A stretch of 64,000 nt of DNA from Hydrolagus colliei (Eukaryota): NCBI GenBank assembly GCA_035084275.1, contig CM068771.1, forward strand, positions 4,216,001-4,280,000, in the 5' to 3' direction. The notes below the pieces were generated by a model. That model saw nothing but the letters and a program-made list of their open reading frames with translations, had not been told where the DNA came from and made no database searches. The translations under genes and the position numbers were made by a program. Positions 61,333-64,000 of this stretch are shown in pieces; the first letter of the stretch is position 1, and every line of letters begins with the position of its first letter.

Positions 61333-62927
61333 GAACATCACAGGACTGTTGCCCACTCTATGATGTAGGGAATATTTGAACTGTTTGTGTGTGTTTTCAT
61401 GTGATTCCCACAAACCAGGAAATCAGCAGGAAACCAAAACCAGAAATAGTCTCTGAACATTGCCATCTTGGGACACATGTTCAATTCACTTCTAACAGTG
61501 AAGATTCTTCTCTTTCAGGACCGAACCCAAACAGGTCAGTGTCAGAAATTGTTTCCTGAAATAAAATTAGACAGTGATATAAAAACAATCATACTTTTAC
61601 ATTATATCGCAGTTACAGGATTGACTGGTTTCACTTTCGCACCCTGTGATGTTGAGTTTAACTGTGAAATAAATGTTCTCCATTGTCAGGTTTGTGTAAA
61701 TAGTAAAGCGGGAGCGGCTGCAGTGAGTTTATTCCCAGTTTGTTGTTTAAACGCTGAGAATTGGAGGCCAGTGAGGGGTGAGGGGAATGGGAGCCTCGTC
61801 TCTGACCTGCACCTTGTTGGGGGTGAATAAGGAGCAGATCTGAGGAGAGGGAGGGGAGGAGCACATAGAGCAGTCACACACATGTTTCTTCCCCAAAACT
61901 ACCTCATGGAGACCCCCCAGTGTGGGGCTGGGGGGGGGCCTCACTGTCACAGTTAAATAATAATAATAATCCTTGCATTTGATATGGCACTTTTCACATC
62001 CTCTAGACGTCTCAAAGCGCTTCACAGAATATACTGTAAAGTGAATTGACTGTATATTTGTGGGTGAAACGTGGCAGCCAATTGCGCACAACAGCGACCC
62101 CCATAAACAGTCGTGGATTAAAATGACCAATTTTATTATTGTTTTTTTTGGAGGGATTATTATTATGCGTGTGTGTGTGTGTGTGTGTGTGTAGAGCAAG
62201 AAAACTTGCCCAAGGTTTCGCCCTGACCTGCCAAGATTCGAACGTAGGTTCAATTCCCTCGTCCTCACTTTCAAGGCCATTCACGGCCTTGCCCCAGCCT
62301 ATCTCTCTGACCTGCTGTCTCCCTATCAGCCTGCCCGCACCCTCCGTTCAGCATACTCAGGCCTGCTCCGCGTCCAACCATCGGTGGCCTGGCTTTCAGC
62401 CTCTCTGCTCCCACACTGTGGAACTCCATCCCGCAGCCCCTCCGCCCTCGCTTCCTCCCTTTCCTCCTTCAAAGCCGATCTCAAGACCTTCCTCTCGACC
62501 GCACCTTTGGCTCCCCTACTAACTCTCCTTCCCCTACCCCGACCCTCCCCCACCCCCCACTCGGGTTCCTACCTGACTGTTCAGCGCTTTGGGACATCCT
62601 CCCAATGTGAAACGTACTCTATAAGTGCAATTTTATTGTTGTTGTTGTAGGTCTCACGCTTGTAAGGCAAGTGCTCTAACAGGACTTCCCAATAACCATC
62701 TTAAGCAAGATTAAGCATCTGAACCAAATCAGTCAGGTAATGCAGCATGTAAAATTTTAACTGAAACACTGGACGCTGATAGGAAAGTGCACAGGAGGGA
62801 GGGAGGGAGGGATGCATGCATGCATATTAGGAAGGGCGATTTCGTAAGAAAAAAAGCATTTTAAAGATCCCAGATCACTATTCCAACAGAGAAGCCAGTT
62901 TGTTCTGCTGTGTGTAAATGCAAAGTA

Positions 62928-63413
62928 CAGTAAAAGCCCGTTTATCCATGACCCGATCAACCATAACTTCCGCATAACCGGCACCGAAAAAAAAAGGTCC
63001 CCATTCAAATAACTAGATCTCGTCCGGTACAATCACGGTAGGGCATCTTTTTCCCTCATATCGGTATTTTGGAATGCTGCTAATAGTGCCTGAAGGTGGT
63101 GCTGTCATTTTTTCCCCTCGCATCGGTATTTCGGTTTTGCTGCCGTTTTGTTCCCTCACATCAGTCATTGTAGAAGATAGACTGTACACCTCTACTCCAG
63201 CATCATGGCTTCAAACCAGGCATCTACCAGCAAAGATGATTTTTAGCTGAATAATAAAGGTCTGTTATTACCTGTCTTTATTTAGTCTATCATTAATATG
63301 GTATGTGTTAAAATAAGTTAATTTTGGGGGAGTTGGGTTTTCGGTGTCGAATCCGCCCGAATATCCGGCATGTCGTTTAACCAGCATTGGCCAGGTTCCG
63401 AGGGTGCCAGATA
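62928..63413. mobile_element. Tigger-type MITE, right TIR apparently lost, in the diverged BTN paralog intron
   Basis: Starts TA|CAGTAAAAGCCCGTTTATCC; Tigger-like subterminal ...ccaggttccgagggtgccagata; absent from A and B at 5740. Confidence 0.65.
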
Positions 63414-63548
63414 CATGTTGTAAGATCACAGAATTATTCATTATGTTTTATAGTTTGCTAATTATGTCCAAACACAAATCTCTGTGTGTAATTATCTGAT
63501 TTGCTGTTGTAACCACAGATGTGATCTCCATGTGAAGACCCAAAGAAG

Positions 63549-63606
63549 ATGATCTGGAAACACTGTATTCAGGTCCTATGGCTTGTGCTCCCCCTCTCAC
63601 TGGCTG
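63549..63606 (+). CDS. Signal-peptide exon of a third, more diverged BTN paralog ([20 protein letters not shown]); rest lies beyond the window
   Basis: Homologous to 5867-5924 with the same G|gtaagg donor; flanks visibly more diverged (roughly 85% by eye). Confidence 0.75.
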
Positions 63607-63699
63607 GTAAGGAAACACGTTGTATCTGTTTGATTTCTGTTGGTGTTAAATTGATGAAGGCAAAGGGAGAAACTCTTCAATCTGGGTTGTGACCTGATA

Positions 63700-63730
<31 letters not shown>

Positions 63731-64000
63731 CCTTGCATTTAATATAGTGCTTTTCACATCTTATCGACATCTCAAAGCGCTTCACAGACTATACTGTAGA
63801 GTGAATTGACTGTATATTTGTGGACGAATCACGGCAGCCAATTGTGCACCGCAGGGTCCCACAAACAGTCATGGATTGAAATGACCAATTTTATTATTGA
63901 TATACAGATATATCTTAACATTATAACCTGCTTAACATTGCCTCATCTCAAAGCGCTTCACAGAATATACTGTAAAGTTAATTGACTGTATAATTGACTG

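Larger units (their letters stand above)
51394..61957 (+). repeat. Partial duplication unit C (spacer and BTN promoter region, near-identical to A/B)
   Basis: Collinear with 1-5681 apart from two hAT-like insertions, a ~390-bp deletion near 56054 and a palindromic insertion at 56998; near-identity ends at ...cagttaaa 61957. Confidence 0.9.

Overview
Eukaryotic (vertebrate) genomic DNA, most likely a cartilaginous fish. That call is inferred from shark/chimaera-type CR1, L2 and DeuSINE repeats; the species cannot be determined. The window is a head-to-tail tandem segmental duplication: unit A 1-22713, unit B 22714-51393, and a partial unit C 51394-61957 that switches to a more diverged paralog after ~62861. 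Each full unit has three genes. (1) A 7-coding-exon butyrophilin-like gene on + (signal peptide, IgV, IgC, TM, 18-bp and 27-bp mini-exons, B30.2/PRY-SPRY) with a perfect IRF/ISRE motif upstream. (2) An intronless inducible-type HSP70 on + with TATA, CCAAT and several heat-shock elements, plus a 16-bp minisatellite filling much of its 5' UTR. (3) A pogo/Tigger-derived TIGD-like gene on - with an altered catalytic triad. The copies are damaged in different ways. Unit A has an intact BTN, an HSP70 lacking the EEVD tail, and a mid-gene frameshift in TIGD. Unit B has a BTN with a premature stop in B30.2, an intact HSP70, and a TIGD frameshifted only near its C-terminus. By-eye alignment of the two B30.2 exons shows about 20 substitutions, none in a silent codon, while the HSP70 copies differ at only about 4 sites. 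Copy-specific young insertions include a CR1 LINE with an open ORF2 and a non-autonomous hAT-like DNA transposon with 5-bp TSDs (3 sites, one nested). There is also a templated 27-bp-arm palindrome. N-gaps fall in CA-rich repeats. All alignments and counts were done by eye.
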